A DNA stretch of 60,403 nt from a bacterium (lineage in GTDB: Bacteria; Krumholzibacteriota; Krumholzibacteriia; LZORAL124-64-63), in NCBI GenBank assembly GCA_031441465.1, contig JANOEP010000036.1:1-60403 (forward strand), written 5' to 3'. Positions 30,049 through 40,143 of the stretch are shown here, piece after piece. Positions within the stretch are counted from its first letter, which is position 1, and each line of letters begins with the position of its first letter. Both the position numbers and the translations under genes were made by a program. Under the pieces are notes generated by a model. That model searched no databases. It was not told where the DNA came from and worked only from the letters and a program-made list of their open reading frames with translations.

Positions 30049-30195
30049 CGGAGCCTCCTTGCACAGGTTCAGCCAGATTGGCCGAATCCGCTTGTTCCCT
30101 CATGATAAGGCCATCCTGCGCCGTCCGTCATCCCCTGTTCGGATTCGCACTCGGACCCTGAACTCATAGTTTAATTATATGAATTGCGAAATTTA

Positions 30196-30246
30196 TTGAC
30201 TTTGAAACCGATCCCGGCCTATCTAGGGTGTTGAAATATTCACACC
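30196..30246 (+). promoter_or_regulatory. Putative promoter with downstream imperfect palindrome (possible repressor site)
   Basis: TTGACT/TTGAAA -35 candidates in an AT-rich island; GGTG-T-TGAA-ATA-TTCA-CACC dyad. Confidence 0.35.
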
Positions 30247-30302
30247 AGGGGGCGTTCCGTCTTCTTTCACGCCCGCCCCTGCACCGCGAGAAGGAGATCG
30301 CC

Positions 30303-30665
30303 ATGCGCAAGTACCTGATCGTGCCGGGGTTGCTGTCCCTGGCGCTGCTGCTCGCCGCGGCGGCTTTCGCCGGCGACGAGGGCGGCGACAAGAAGCTCGA
30401 CGGCAAGAAGCTCTTCAAGGAACGCTGCAAGACCTGCCACAGCGCCGAGGCTCCGGCCGGCGAGTACACGCCCATGTTCCTGATCCAGGAGCAGTGGACG
30501 AAGTTCTTCGCCGAGGACTACACGACCGCGCACCAGGGTCTGACCGTGTCCGGGTCGGACACCACCAAGGTCCTGGACGCCATCACCCCGGAGATGCTCG
30601 AAGCCATCCGCGCCTTCTGCCACGAGGGCGCCGCCGACTCCGAGCACCCCATGACCTGCGGCTAG
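30303..30665 (+). CDS. Periplasmic monoheme cytochrome c
   Basis: AAGGAG RBS, signal peptide, GKKLFKERCKTCH, C-terminal HPMTCG. Confidence 0.85.
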   Translation: MRKYLIVPGLLSLALLLAAAAFAGDEGGDKKLDGKKLFKERCKTCHSAEAPAGEYTPMFLIQEQWTKFFAEDYTTAHQGLTVSGSDTTKVLDAITPEMLEAIRAFCHEGAADSEHPMTCG

Positions 30666-30693
30666 ACCGCGACCAACCGGAGGAGAACGAACG

Positions 30694-32352
30694 ATGAAGA
30701 AGATCCTGGCCCTGCTCATCCTGGCCTGCGTCGCCGTGGCCGGCGTCGCCGCCGCCGCCGACGACGACATGGCCGCCCTCGAGAAGCGGATCAAGGAGCT
30801 GGAGAAGCGCCTGCGCCCGCTCGAGGTCCGCGCGGCCACCGACCGCGTCGACTTCAGCGGCGACCTGCGCTTCGAGCTGCACAACATCGACGCCGAGGTG
30901 GCCGCCCACTACGACGGCATGGAGTTCCAGAAGAACTTCGTGAACACGATGTTCTACATGAACCCCGGCTTCGCCAACCCGATGCCGACCTCGGTCGACG
31001 TCATCGACGCCTTCGCCGCCAACCCGAACAATTACGGCGCGTACCACTCGTTCCTCGACAACCTGCAGTTCTCCGACCTGCAGGCCGCCTACGCGCAGTT
31101 CGCGTCGAACCCCGTCCTGTTCCAGCAGATCATGGGCCTGCTCATGCAGGACCCCGACGTGCCGGTGCAGGGCTACGACTGGAAGAACGACATCTTCTAC
31201 ACGACCCGGCTGCGCCTGAACATGCAGGCCAAGATGGGCGACGACGTCAGCTTCGCCGGCCGCCTGTCGATGTACAAGCCCTGGGGCGACAGCTCCGGCG
31301 TCCAGGTCTTCAACGGCGCCGCCTCGAGCATGAACATCGACGGCGCCACGACGCGCGTCCCCAACAGCGACCTGCTGCGCGTCGAGCGGGCCTACTTCAA
31401 CTGGAACAACATCGCCGACTCGTCGCTCTACCTGAGCATCGGCCGGCGCCCGAGCACCGGCGGCCCCCCGCTGCACCTGCGCGACGACGAGATGCGCGCC
31501 GGCACGCCGCTGGCCACCCTGATCGATTTCCAGTTCGACGGCATCACCGCCGGCTACAGCCTGGCCGACTACTCGCACCTGCGCCTGTGCTACGGCCTGG
31601 GCTACGAGTCGGGCTTCGGCAGCGCCGAGAACCTGAAGTCCCCCGCCGACCGCATGAAGGACGTGCACTTCCTGGGTGTGAACTGGGACCTGTACGACAA
31701 GGGCGACACCTTCGTGCAGGGCACCGTGGCCCGCGCCTTCGACGTGACCGACGGCTTCAACGGCCTGGTCGTGATGCCCGTCAACCCGCTGACCGGCATG
31801 GCCGTGCCCGCGGGCATCGTCATGCGCTACAGCCCGTCGGCCAACCTGGGCGACATCGACCTGGCCAGCCTGATGGCGATGCAGCAGTGGCGCGGTTTCG
31901 ACTTCTTCGCCAGCTACAGCCTCATGAAGTCGCACCCCGACGCGGCCACCACGCCCTTCGGCGGCCTGTTCTGCGACCCGTTCGACACGCCCCAGGAGCA
32001 GGACGGCCACATGTTCTTCGCCGGCGCCCGCTACGGCTTCGCCGACGAGAAGACCAACGTCGGCATCGAGTTCAACCAAGGCAGCCAGTACTGGTTCAAC
32101 TTCTCCCAGGGCGCCGACGACGTCTTCGCGCCCAAGACCGCGACCCGCGGCGAGGTGTGGGAACTCTACGTCACCCACCGCATCACGCCGAAGTTCGTCG
32201 CCAAGCTGGACTTCATGGACTACCAGTACGACTACAGCGGCTCCGGCTGGCACCTGGGCGCGCCGAAGGACCTGGACCAGATGCAGATGCTGGGCTTCCC
32301 GTCCTACAAGAACGCCACGAAGATGGCCCTGAGCCTGACGGCCCGCTTCTAG
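30694..32352 (+). CDS. DUF3373-like outer-membrane beta-barrel protein
   Basis: Signal peptide, coiled coil, FSGDLRF, TRLRLNM, VERAYF, SIGRRPST and terminal Phe. Confidence 0.75.
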   Translation: MKKILALLILACVAVAGVAAAADDDMAALEKRIKELEKRLRPLEVRAATDRVDFSGDLRFELHNIDAEVAAHYDGMEFQKNFVNTMFYMNPGFANPMPTSVDVIDAFAANPNNYGAYHSFLDNLQFSDLQAAYAQFASNPVLFQQIMGLLMQDPDVPVQGYDWKNDIFYTTRLRLNMQAKMGDDVSFAGRLSMYKPWGDSSGVQVFNGAASSMNIDGATTRVPNSDLLRVERAYFNWNNIADSSLYLSIGRRPSTGGPPLHLRDDEMRAGTPLATLIDFQFDGITAGYSLADYSHLRLCYGLGYESGFGSAENLKSPADRMKDVHFLGVNWDLYDKGDTFVQGTVARAFDVTDGFNGLVVMPVNPLTGMAVPAGIVMRYSPSANLGDIDLASLMAMQQWRGFDFFASYSLMKSHPDAATTPFGGLFCDPFDTPQEQDGHMFFAGARYGFADEKTNVGIEFNQGSQYWFNFSQGADDVFAPKTATRGEVWELYVTHRITPKFVAKLDFMDYQYDYSGSGWHLGAPKDLDQMQMLGFPSYKNATKMALSLTARF

Positions 32353-32389
32353 CGGGCACGGTGTCAATGCGATGAACACGGGAGGCGCG

Positions 32390-33784
32390 ATGAAGCACGC
32401 GATCATCCTCCTGGCGGTCCTGGCGGTCGCCGGCCCCTCGCGGGCCGGCGACGCGCCGGTCTCGACGCACCAGGAGTACTTCGAGCATTACGAGGGCACC
32501 GCCACCTGCCTGGGGTGCCACCAGGAGGAGGCCGAGTCCTTCTTCCACTCCCAGCACTACCAGTGGCGAGGCGAGACGCCGGACCTCGTCAACGGCGAGG
32601 GCCGGCGGCTCGGCAAGCTGAACACCATGAACGACTTCTGCACCAGCCCCGGCGCCAACTGGATCGGCAACGTCACCAACAGCGACGGCGCGGTGCTGGC
32701 CCAGGGCTGCTCGAAGTGCCACGCCGGCCTGGGTAAGCGGCCCGAGCCGGTGATGAGCCGCGAGCAGCTCGAGAACATCGACTGCCTGATCTGCCACGCC
32801 TCGGGCTACCGGCGCGACCTGTACCAGGACGCGGCCGGCGCCCCCGTCTGGAAGCCGATCCTCTGGCGCAACCAACCCGGCCTCGACTCGGTGGCCAAGC
32901 GGATCTCCCTGCCCAAGCGCGAGATGTGCCTGCGCTGCCACGCCGGCGCCGGCGGCGGCCAGAACTACAAGCGCGGCGACATCGAGTACGCGCTGGCCAC
33001 CTGCGACCGCGACTACGACGTGCACATGGGTTCGGACGGCCAGGACATGGCCTGCACCGAATGCCACACCGGCGCCGACCACCGCGTGCGCGGCCGCGGC
33101 GCCGACCTCTCCGGCACCGACGTCTCCGGCCCGCGGCTCACCTGCGCCGAGTGCCACGACGAGGCGCCGCACGCCGAGCCGGTCCTGGACGCCCACGTCC
33201 GCCGCATCGCCTGCGAGACCTGCCACATCCCCACCTTCGCCCGAACCGACGCCACCGACATGGTTCGCGACTGGTCGACGCCCCAGCGGCACGAGGCGGC
33301 GAACAAGTTCTCCGCGACCATCACCCTGGAGAAGGACGTGGTCCCCGCCTACGCCTGGTGGAACGGCAAGTCCCGCCTGCAGCCCCTCGGCGAGCCGGTC
33401 CGCACCGAGAAGGACGGGACGGTGGGGATCATGCTGCCGCAGGGCTCGCGCAAGGATCGCGGCGCCAGGATCTACCCCTTCAAGCTGCACCGCGGCCGGC
33501 TGCCGGTGCTGTCCGACGAGCGCTGGCTCGTGCCCATCGCGGTCGAGGAGTTCTTCGCCGACGGCGACATCGACAAGGCCGTGCGCGAGGGCGGACACGA
33601 CGCCTACGGGCGCGAGGACGCCGACTACGAATGGGTCGACGTGAAGCGCTACATGGGCATCTACCACGGCGTGCGCCCCGTCGAGCACGCCCTGCAGTGC
33701 CTGGACTGCCACGGCCAGAGCGGACGCCTCGACTGGGCCGCCCTGGGCTACGGCGAGGATCCGGTGTTGAAGCGTCTCAAGTAG
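32390..33784 (+). CDS. Octaheme cytochrome c, tetrathionate reductase (OTR)-like
   Basis: Eight CxxCH motifs; GKLNTMNDFC, CSKCHAGLG, ENIDCLICH, KRGD, DVHM and ARIYPFK. Confidence 0.82.
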   Translation: MKHAIILLAVLAVAGPSRAGDAPVSTHQEYFEHYEGTATCLGCHQEEAESFFHSQHYQWRGETPDLVNGEGRRLGKLNTMNDFCTSPGANWIGNVTNSDGAVLAQGCSKCHAGLGKRPEPVMSREQLENIDCLICHASGYRRDLYQDAAGAPVWKPILWRNQPGLDSVAKRISLPKREMCLRCHAGAGGGQNYKRGDIEYALATCDRDYDVHMGSDGQDMACTECHTGADHRVRGRGADLSGTDVSGPRLTCAECHDEAPHAEPVLDAHVRRIACETCHIPTFARTDATDMVRDWSTPQRHEAANKFSATITLEKDVVPAYAWWNGKSRLQPLGEPVRTEKDGTVGIMLPQGSRKDRGARIYPFKLHRGRLPVLSDERWLVPIAVEEFFADGDIDKAVREGGHDAYGREDADYEWVDVKRYMGIYHGVRPVEHALQCLDCHGQSGRLDWAALGYGEDPVLKRLK

Positions 33785-33813
33785 CGACGATCGAACCACG
33801 GTCGCGAGCGATG

Positions 33814-33842
33814 AGCGGGATCTCCACGGAGGTCCCGCTTTC
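33814..33842 (+). terminator. Rho-independent terminator
   Basis: AGCGGGATCTC-cacg-GAGGTCCCGCT hairpin followed by a short T run. Confidence 0.6.
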
Positions 33843-33931
33843 CGTTGTCGGCCGGGGGTCGGGGGGCGGCGACAATACGGCGCCCCGTCCCGATGGACGC
33901 GGCGCCGCCGTGCATGGGCGCTGATCAGGGG

Positions 33932-36646
33932 TCAGTCGGCGTCCGCGTCCACCACTTCGATGTCCCCCAGGCCCAGCTCGCGCAGCCCGGGCTCGATCAC
34001 CGCGCGGTCGCCCACGATCACCAGCCTCATCGCCTCGGGGTCGATGTGCTCGCGGGCCATGCGCGCGGCCTCGTCGGCGCCGACCGCCTCCACGCGCAGC
34101 CGGTAGGTCGCCCAGTCGTCCAGCGGCAGGCCGTAGAGCACCAGTTCGTTCAGCTGGCCGGCGATACCCTGGATCGTCTGGAATCTCAGGGGGAAGGACT
34201 TGATCAGCTGGTTCTTGCCGGCCGCCAGTTCGGCGTCGGCCAGCGGCCGCTCGCCGCGCACCTCGCGCAGCTCCTTCAGCAGCTCGACCACGGATTCCTT
34301 GGTGTACTGCGTCTGGACCGGGGCGTTGGCCAGGAACAGTCCCCCGCCGGCCATGGTGAGGCTCGTGGTGCGCGCGCCGTAGGTGTAGCCCTTGTCCTCA
34401 CGCAGGTTCATGTTGATGCGCGACATGAACTGGCCGCCCAGCGGCATGTTGAACACATTCAGGGAGAGCACGTCGGGGTCGCGGCGATCCAGGCCGGGCT
34501 GGCCGAGCAGGATCACGCTCTGCTGGGCGCCGGGACGGTCGACGAGGCAGATGCGCGCGCCGGCCCGCGGCCGGGCCGGCGGCACGACCACGGCGGGCGC
34601 CGATTTCGGCTCCCAGCCGCGCATCGCGCGGGAAACGGCGGCGACCGCCTCGTCCAGCGTGATGTCGCCCACGACGACGACGGAGGCGTTGTTCGGGCGG
34701 TAGTACGTCTCGTGAAGCCGCACGAGGTCCTCGCGCGTGATCGCCGTCACCGACGCGCGCGTGCCCGTGCCGCTGAGCGGCTGGGCGTAGGGGTGGCCCT
34801 CGCCGAACATCAGCTTCTGGAAGACCGTGGCGGCGGTCTGCTCCGGCTCGACCGACTCCTGGCGGATGCGGCCGAGGTACTGGCTGCGGATGCGCTCCAG
34901 TTCTGCCGCCGGGAACGAGGGGTGCATCGCGACGTCGCCCATCAGCGCCAGCCCCGCGTCGAGGTTCCGCTTCAGGACGCCGAGGCTGACGTAGGAGCCG
35001 TCGAAATTGCTGCTGGAACCCAGTTGGGCGCCGAGGTCGCGGGCGAGGTCCGAGATCGCCAGCGCGTCGCGACCGCGGGTGCCCTCGTCCAGCATGTCGG
35101 CGGTCATCGCCGCCGCGCCCGGCCGATCGGGCGGGTCCGCGGCCCAGCCGCAGCGCACCACGAGGTTGACCTGCACCAGCGGCAGTTCGTGCTTCTCGAC
35201 CAGGTAGAGCTGCAGGCCGCCGGGCAGCTCCGCCGTGAGGATCGGCGGCGGCGCGAAGGCGCGCTCGCGCCCCGCCGCGGGCATCGTCTCGCGGTCGACC
35301 GCGAGGTCAGACGCCGCGGGCTTGCCGTGCGGCACGACGTGCAGCACGGCGCGCCGCCCGAGGTCCAGGTGCCGGCGGGCGGCGGACGTCACGTCCGCGG
35401 GCGAGGCGTCGCGGTAGCGGCCGAGGTCCCGCGCGAGGAACCCGGGATCGCCGGTGCGCACGTTGTAGCCGTTGAGCAGGTCGGCGCGGCCGCCGAAGCC
35501 GCCCACGCTCTCCAGACGGCGGAGGAAGCGGACCTCGAAGCCGGTCTGGGCGCGGGCGAGTTCGTCCTGCGCCACGCCCTTGTCGAACAGGCGCCGCAGC
35601 TCCGCGTCGACCGCTTGCTCCAGCCGCGCGAGGTCGACGCCCGGCTTGGCCGTGGCTTCCACCTGGAAGACGCTGCCGATCTCGCGGGAGCCCTGCCACG
35701 CCGAGACGTCCTGGGCGATCTGCTGCTCGTAGACCAGCGCCTGGTACAGGCGCGACGTCTTGCCGCCGGTCAGGACCGACGCCAGCAGGCCCAGCTCGGC
35801 GTCGCCCGGCGCGTACAGCGCCGGCGTGTGCCACGCCATAAGGAGCCGGGGCAGCTCGACATCGTCTTCTGCCGTCGCCCGCCGCTCACCCTCCATCACG
35901 GGCAGCCACTGCTGAATCCGCTGCACGGGCCGGCCGGGGGGGATCGTGCCGAAATACTTCGCGATGAGCGCCTTCGCTTCGGCAGGATCGAAATCGCCGG
36001 CCACGCACAGGCTGGCGTTGTTCGGCGTGTAATACAGCGCGAAGAAGTCCGCGATGTCCTGCTTCGTGGCCGCGGACAGGTCGTCCATGCTGCCGATGAC
36101 GGTGTGGCTGTAGGGATGGTCGGAGGGGAAGAGCAGCTTCGTCATCAACTCGTCGGCCACGGCGTAGGGCTCGTTCTCGCCCTCGCGCTTCTCGTTCTGG
36201 ACGACGCCCTTCTGGTTGGCGAGGCGCTCCTCGGTCATGGCCGGCACCAGGAAGCCCATGCGGTCGGACTCGAGCCACAGGGCCAGTTCCAGCTGCTCGC
36301 TCGGCACGTTCTCCCAGTAGTTGGTGCGGTCCACGTTGGTCGAGCCGTTCACCTGGCCGCCGACGCGCTGCAGCGGCGCGAAGTAGTCGTCGTCGTGGTG
36401 CTGCGAACCCTGGAACATCATGTGTTCGAAGAGGTGCGCGAAGCCGGTGCGGCCGGGCTTCTCGTTCTTCGAGCCCACGTGGTACCAGACGTTGACCGCC
36501 ACGGAGGGGATCGTGTGATCCTCGTGCAGGATCACTTCGAGCCCGTTCTCCAGGACGTATTTTTCGAAAGGGATCTCGGGCAGGTCCGCGGCCACGGCGG
36601 CCGCGGCCGCCGCCAGGCTCGTCAGCAGGAACAACAGTCGGCGCAT
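33932..36646 (-). CDS. M16 zinc protease (insulinase/PqqL-like, four-domain)
   Basis: GFAHLFEHMMFQGS (HxxEH), NLREDKGYTYG, signal peptide; AGGAG RBS. Confidence 0.9.
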   Translation of the reverse strand: MRRLLFLLTSLAAAAAAVAADLPEIPFEKYVLENGLEVILHEDHTIPSVAVNVWYHVGSKNEKPGRTGFAHLFEHMMFQGSQHHDDDYFAPLQRVGGQVNGSTNVDRTNYWENVPSEQLELALWLESDRMGFLVPAMTEERLANQKGVVQNEKREGENEPYAVADELMTKLLFPSDHPYSHTVIGSMDDLSAATKQDIADFFALYYTPNNASLCVAGDFDPAEAKALIAKYFGTIPPGRPVQRIQQWLPVMEGERRATAEDDVELPRLLMAWHTPALYAPGDAELGLLASVLTGGKTSRLYQALVYEQQIAQDVSAWQGSREIGSVFQVEATAKPGVDLARLEQAVDAELRRLFDKGVAQDELARAQTGFEVRFLRRLESVGGFGGRADLLNGYNVRTGDPGFLARDLGRYRDASPADVTSAARRHLDLGRRAVLHVVPHGKPAASDLAVDRETMPAAGRERAFAPPPILTAELPGGLQLYLVEKHELPLVQVNLVVRCGWAADPPDRPGAAAMTADMLDEGTRGRDALAISDLARDLGAQLGSSSNFDGSYVSLGVLKRNLDAGLALMGDVAMHPSFPAAELERIRSQYLGRIRQESVEPEQTAATVFQKLMFGEGHPYAQPLSGTGTRASVTAITREDLVRLHETYYRPNNASVVVVGDITLDEAVAAVSRAMRGWEPKSAPAVVVPPARPRAGARICLVDRPGAQQSVILLGQPGLDRRDPDVLSLNVFNMPLGGQFMSRINMNLREDKGYTYGARTTSLTMAGGGLFLANAPVQTQYTKESVVELLKELREVRGERPLADAELAAGKNQLIKSFPLRFQTIQGIAGQLNELVLYGLPLDDWATYRLRVEAVGADEAARMAREHIDPEAMRLVIVGDRAVIEPGLRELGLGDIEVVDADAD

Positions 36647-36733
36647 CGCGACCACTCCTCGCATCTCGGGTGAAGGCGGGCAGGTCCCTACGGAGTATCG
36701 ATCCTCCGGTTTCATCCGTCTGCCGGTCAATTC

Positions 36734-36766
36734 GCGACATCGTCTAGACAAACTCTGGACAAATCC
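36734..36766 (+). promoter_or_regulatory. CarH/LitR-type operator (three 11-bp direct repeats) at the regulator's promoter
   Basis: GCGACAtcgtc TAGACAaactc TGGACAaatcc at an exact 11-bp period; matches the TnnACA repeat pattern. Confidence 0.7.
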
Positions 36767-36823
36767 ACCATTTGATCCCATCCTGGTCGGGTCCGCGCCA
36801 GCAATCCAGAACGGGGAGCACTC

Positions 36824-37771
36824 ATGACCAGCCCGAACGGCCAACACGGACCGGACATCCCGCGCCACGCCATCGCCTTGGTGTCGCGCCGCACCGGCAT
36901 CAACCAGCTGCTGCTGCGCGCCTGGGAGCGCCGATACGAGGTGACCGCCCCGGGCCGGACCGCGACCGGTCGCCGGCTGTACTCCGACGCGGACATCGAG
37001 AAGCTGCTGCTGCTGCGTCAGCTGACCGATGTCGGCCACCGCATCGGGGATGTGGCGCACCTGCCCGTCGCCGATTTGAGGACACTGGCCGCCGAGAATG
37101 CGGGCACGCCGGCAACGGCGCCGCCGGGCGCCGCCGACGCGGTCGACGTCGGCCGGCTGCTCGACCAGGCGATCGAAGCCGTCCGCTCCCTGGACCACCT
37201 CGCCCTCGAACAGCTGTTCGACCGCGCTTCCGTGGCTCTGAGCCGGCCGCTGCTGCGGCGCGACCTGATCGTGCCGCTCATGGTGCGCATCGGCGAACTC
37301 TGGCGTTGCGGCGAGCTGCGCGTGGCCCAGGAACACATGGCCTCCGCCATCGTGCGCAGCTTCCTGACCACGCTGAATTCCCGTCACCTGATCCCGGAGG
37401 GCGCACCCACCCTGATCGTCGCCACGCCCGTCGGGCAGTGGCACGAGCTGGGTGCCCTGATGGCCGTTTCGCACGCGCTGGAAGCCGGGTGGGACGTGCT
37501 CTATCTGGGACCCAACCTGCCGGCTGAGGAAATCGCCGGCGCCGCCGCCAGCCGTCGGGCTCGCGCCGTCCTGTTGAACCTCGTCTACCCCGCCGCCGAC
37601 CCGGCCGTGGATTCCGAACTGCGCCAGCTGCGGCGGCTGCTCGACCCCGACACGCTCCTGCTGGTGAGCGGGCAGGCCGCGACCAGCCACGGACCTCTGC
37701 TCGCCGAACTGGGAGCGAGGATGATCCGGGACCCGGATTCCTTCGATCTCGCACTTAACTCAATACAATAA
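36824..37771 (+). CDS. carH: MerR-family adenosylcobalamin-binding photoreceptor repressor (CarH/LitR-like)
   Basis: LRAWERRY and GRRLYS HTH, W-x9-EH (WRCGELRVAQEH), GQWHELG and YLGPNLP B12 Rossmann domain. Confidence 0.85.
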   Translation: MTSPNGQHGPDIPRHAIALVSRRTGINQLLLRAWERRYEVTAPGRTATGRRLYSDADIEKLLLLRQLTDVGHRIGDVAHLPVADLRTLAAENAGTPATAPPGAADAVDVGRLLDQAIEAVRSLDHLALEQLFDRASVALSRPLLRRDLIVPLMVRIGELWRCGELRVAQEHMASAIVRSFLTTLNSRHLIPEGAPTLIVATPVGQWHELGALMAVSHALEAGWDVLYLGPNLPAEEIAGAAASRRARAVLLNLVYPAADPAVDSELRQLRRLLDPDTLLLVSGQAATSHGPLLAELGARMIRDPDSFDLALNSIQ

Positions 37772-37842
37772 ATACAGTTATAATGATCTAACTGTTCGCG
37801 GTTGGCGCGCGCGGCTGCGGATGTTCTGCCGACAAGTCGTTA

Positions 37843-37885
37843 TGTATATATTTTGTGTAGATTAATGCTTGACAAAATCAATACA
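37843..37885 (+). promoter_or_regulatory. Promoter with CarH-like 11-bp repeats upstream of the fasciclin gene
   Basis: TATATT/TAGATT/TTGACA/AATACA at 11-bp spacing including a perfect -35; TATACA/TACACA 11 bp apart on the minus strand. Confidence 0.55.
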
Positions 37886-37964
37886 GTAGCCGATCATGTC
37901 TTTGCGGGTGGGAAGCAACCGCCCGCAGGACCATCAACACGATCAATTCAAGGGAGAAATAGAC

Positions 37965-38492
37965 ATGAAGCACCACAACCACCTGCTGACCTGCGCCCTG
38001 GGCGTGATCCTGGCCGCCTCGGCCGCTCCGGCTCTTGCCGATTCCTGCAACGGCGAAGCCAAGGCGACCCATGCGTCCGCCACGGCGACCACGACGATCT
38101 TCAAGACGGCCGAGCAGGCCGGCTTCACCACGCTCGTCGCGGCCGTGAAGGCCGCCGGTCTTGAAGGCGTCCTGAACGGTAAGGGCCCGTTCACGGTCTT
38201 CGCGCCGACGGACGAGGCCTTCGCCAAGCTGCCCGCCGGCACGGTCGAGTCGCTTCTGGCCGATCCCGCGACCCTCAAGAGCATCCTGCTGTACCACGTC
38301 GTGTCCGGCGAGGTCATGGCCGCCGACGTGGTGAAGCTGAGCGAGGCCGCGACGGTCAACGGCCAGAAGGTCGCCATCGATGCGACCAAGGGCGTCCGGG
38401 TCAACGGCGCCAACGTCGTCAAGGCGGACATCAGGGCCAGCAACGGCGTCATCCACGTGATCGACACCGTGCTGCTGCCCAAGTCGAAGTAG
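37965..38492 (+). CDS. Fasciclin (FAS1) domain protein
   Basis: [17 protein letters not shown] and [15 protein letters not shown]; signal peptide. Confidence 0.92.
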   Translation: MKHHNHLLTCALGVILAASAAPALADSCNGEAKATHASATATTTIFKTAEQAGFTTLVAAVKAAGLEGVLNGKGPFTVFAPTDEAFAKLPAGTVESLLADPATLKSILLYHVVSGEVMAADVVKLSEAATVNGQKVAIDATKGVRVNGANVVKADIRASNGVIHVIDTVLLPKSK

Positions 38493-38539
38493 TTCATTCC
38501 ACCGACGCCCACGCGGCGTTTTATACGAGGGAGAGAGAC

Positions 38540-39967
38540 ATGAAGAAGACGAAGAACATCAAGAACCTGTTGGCGGTGACAGCGATCCTGGCGATGGGCC
38601 TGAGCCTGATCGGCTGCAGCGACGACGACAGCCCGATGGATCCCGGCCTGGGCGACGGTGCCAAGCTGCGCGTCGTGCACGCCTCGCCCGACGCCCCGGC
38701 GGTGGACGTCTACGCCGAAGGCGTGGCGTCGCCGCTGATCACCGACCTGGAGTACACCGAGACCAGCGCGTACCTGGACCTGGATCCGGGCACCTACAAC
38801 ATCCAGCTGCGGGCCGCGGGCGCTTCGCCCATTTCCGCGCCCGCCTACGAAACCGGCTCGCTGACGGTTCCCGCGGATGCGGTCATCACGGCCGTGGCCG
38901 TGGGACTGCTGGGCAGCTCGGCCGGAGCCGATGCCTTCCGCGTGCTGGCGCTCGTGGAGGACTTCGCGACGCCCGGCGCGGGGCAGGCGGCCGTGCGCAT
39001 CGTGCACGGTTCGGCCGACGCTCCTGCCGTGGCGATCGACGTCGGCAACGACGGCACCCCCGAGATCACCGGTTTCGCGCGTTTCGCCGAGACTGGTCCG
39101 GCGGGTGTCGCGTTGCCCGCGGGCGCACCGCTCGCGGTGGGCATCTGGGCCGGCTCCCCCCTGGCCCGGGTGACCGCGTTCGCGACCCCGTCCCTGCCCG
39201 AGGCCGAGATCTTCCTGATCGCCACCGGCCTGCTGGGCTCCGATCCAGCCGCACAAGACGGGTTCGGCCTGCTGGCCGTCGGCCCGGCGGGCACCGTCGG
39301 CCTGATCCGTCAGAACCCGGTCGTGTTCGTGCTGCACGCCTCGCCTGACGCCCCGGCGGTCGACGTCTTCGTCGGGGGCACCGAAACCGAGCTGGTGGAC
39401 GACCTGTCCTTCGGCGAGCTCTCTCCCCCGGTCCAGGTGCCCCCGGCGTCGTATTCCCTCGATGTCAGGGTCGTCGCCGGCGGCGCCGTGGCGGCCACCG
39501 TCGCGACGCCCGTCCTCGCGGCCGGCGGACGTTACCTGGCGATCGCCTCGGGCTTCGTGGCCTCGTCGGGCATCGAGTTCACCCTGCTGCCCTACGCCGC
39601 GGCTTTCGGCGGCGCGGACGATCCGCTGGTGCGCGTGGTCCACGCCTCGCCCGACGCGCCGGCCGTCGATGTGGGTGTCTGGGACGGCACGACCCTGACT
39701 CCCGTCGGCGCCTTCACCAACCTGGAGTTCGGTGAGGCTTCGTTGGCGGCGGGCACGGCCCTGCCGGCCGCGGCCTTCACCGTCGGCATCGCCGCGACGG
39801 GCACCGTCATGCCCGCGGCCACCTTCGACCTGGCTCCGACGGCCGGCCTGCGGGCCTTCGCCGTGGCCGGCGGGTCGCTCGCCGGGTCGGGCGAACCGTT
39901 CCGCCTGATGCTGGTGGTGGCCTCGACCTATCCGTGGCAGGTCGTCGAGGTGCTGCCCAACCCGTAG
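38540..39967 (+). CDS. DUF4397 repeat lipoprotein
   Basis: Lipobox LIGC; four (R)VVHASPDAPAVDV-type repeats. Confidence 0.85.
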   Translation: MKKTKNIKNLLAVTAILAMGLSLIGCSDDDSPMDPGLGDGAKLRVVHASPDAPAVDVYAEGVASPLITDLEYTETSAYLDLDPGTYNIQLRAAGASPISAPAYETGSLTVPADAVITAVAVGLLGSSAGADAFRVLALVEDFATPGAGQAAVRIVHGSADAPAVAIDVGNDGTPEITGFARFAETGPAGVALPAGAPLAVGIWAGSPLARVTAFATPSLPEAEIFLIATGLLGSDPAAQDGFGLLAVGPAGTVGLIRQNPVVFVLHASPDAPAVDVFVGGTETELVDDLSFGELSPPVQVPPASYSLDVRVVAGGAVAATVATPVLAAGGRYLAIASGFVASSGIEFTLLPYAAAFGGADDPLVRVVHASPDAPAVDVGVWDGTTLTPVGAFTNLEFGEASLAAGTALPAAAFTVGIAATGTVMPAATFDLAPTAGLRAFAVAGGSLAGSGEPFRLMLVVASTYPWQVVEVLPNP

Positions 39968-39984
39968 CACTGCGAATCCGTGAT

Positions 39985-40017
39985 CAGGGGGCCGGATCCT
40001 CATGGGTCCGGCCCCTG
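39985..40017 (+). terminator. Terminator-like hairpin
   Basis: CAGGGGGCCGGATCC-tcat-GGGTCCGGCCCCTG. Confidence 0.55.
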
Positions 40018-40143
40018 CCGTCTCCCCTGGAGCCCCTGCCTCCCGCCATGCGCACTTGCCGGAAATCGCCGCCGTGATAAGCTCCCTTCGCTCCCGAACC
40101 GCACCACGAGCGCGTCCACGGTGACGCCGAAGAAAGGCCTGCC

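Noticed and set aside
36647..37690. 348-codon N-terminal extension of the M16 protease ORF
   Set aside because: It is antisense to the CarH gene; the real start with RBS and signal peptide is at 36646.
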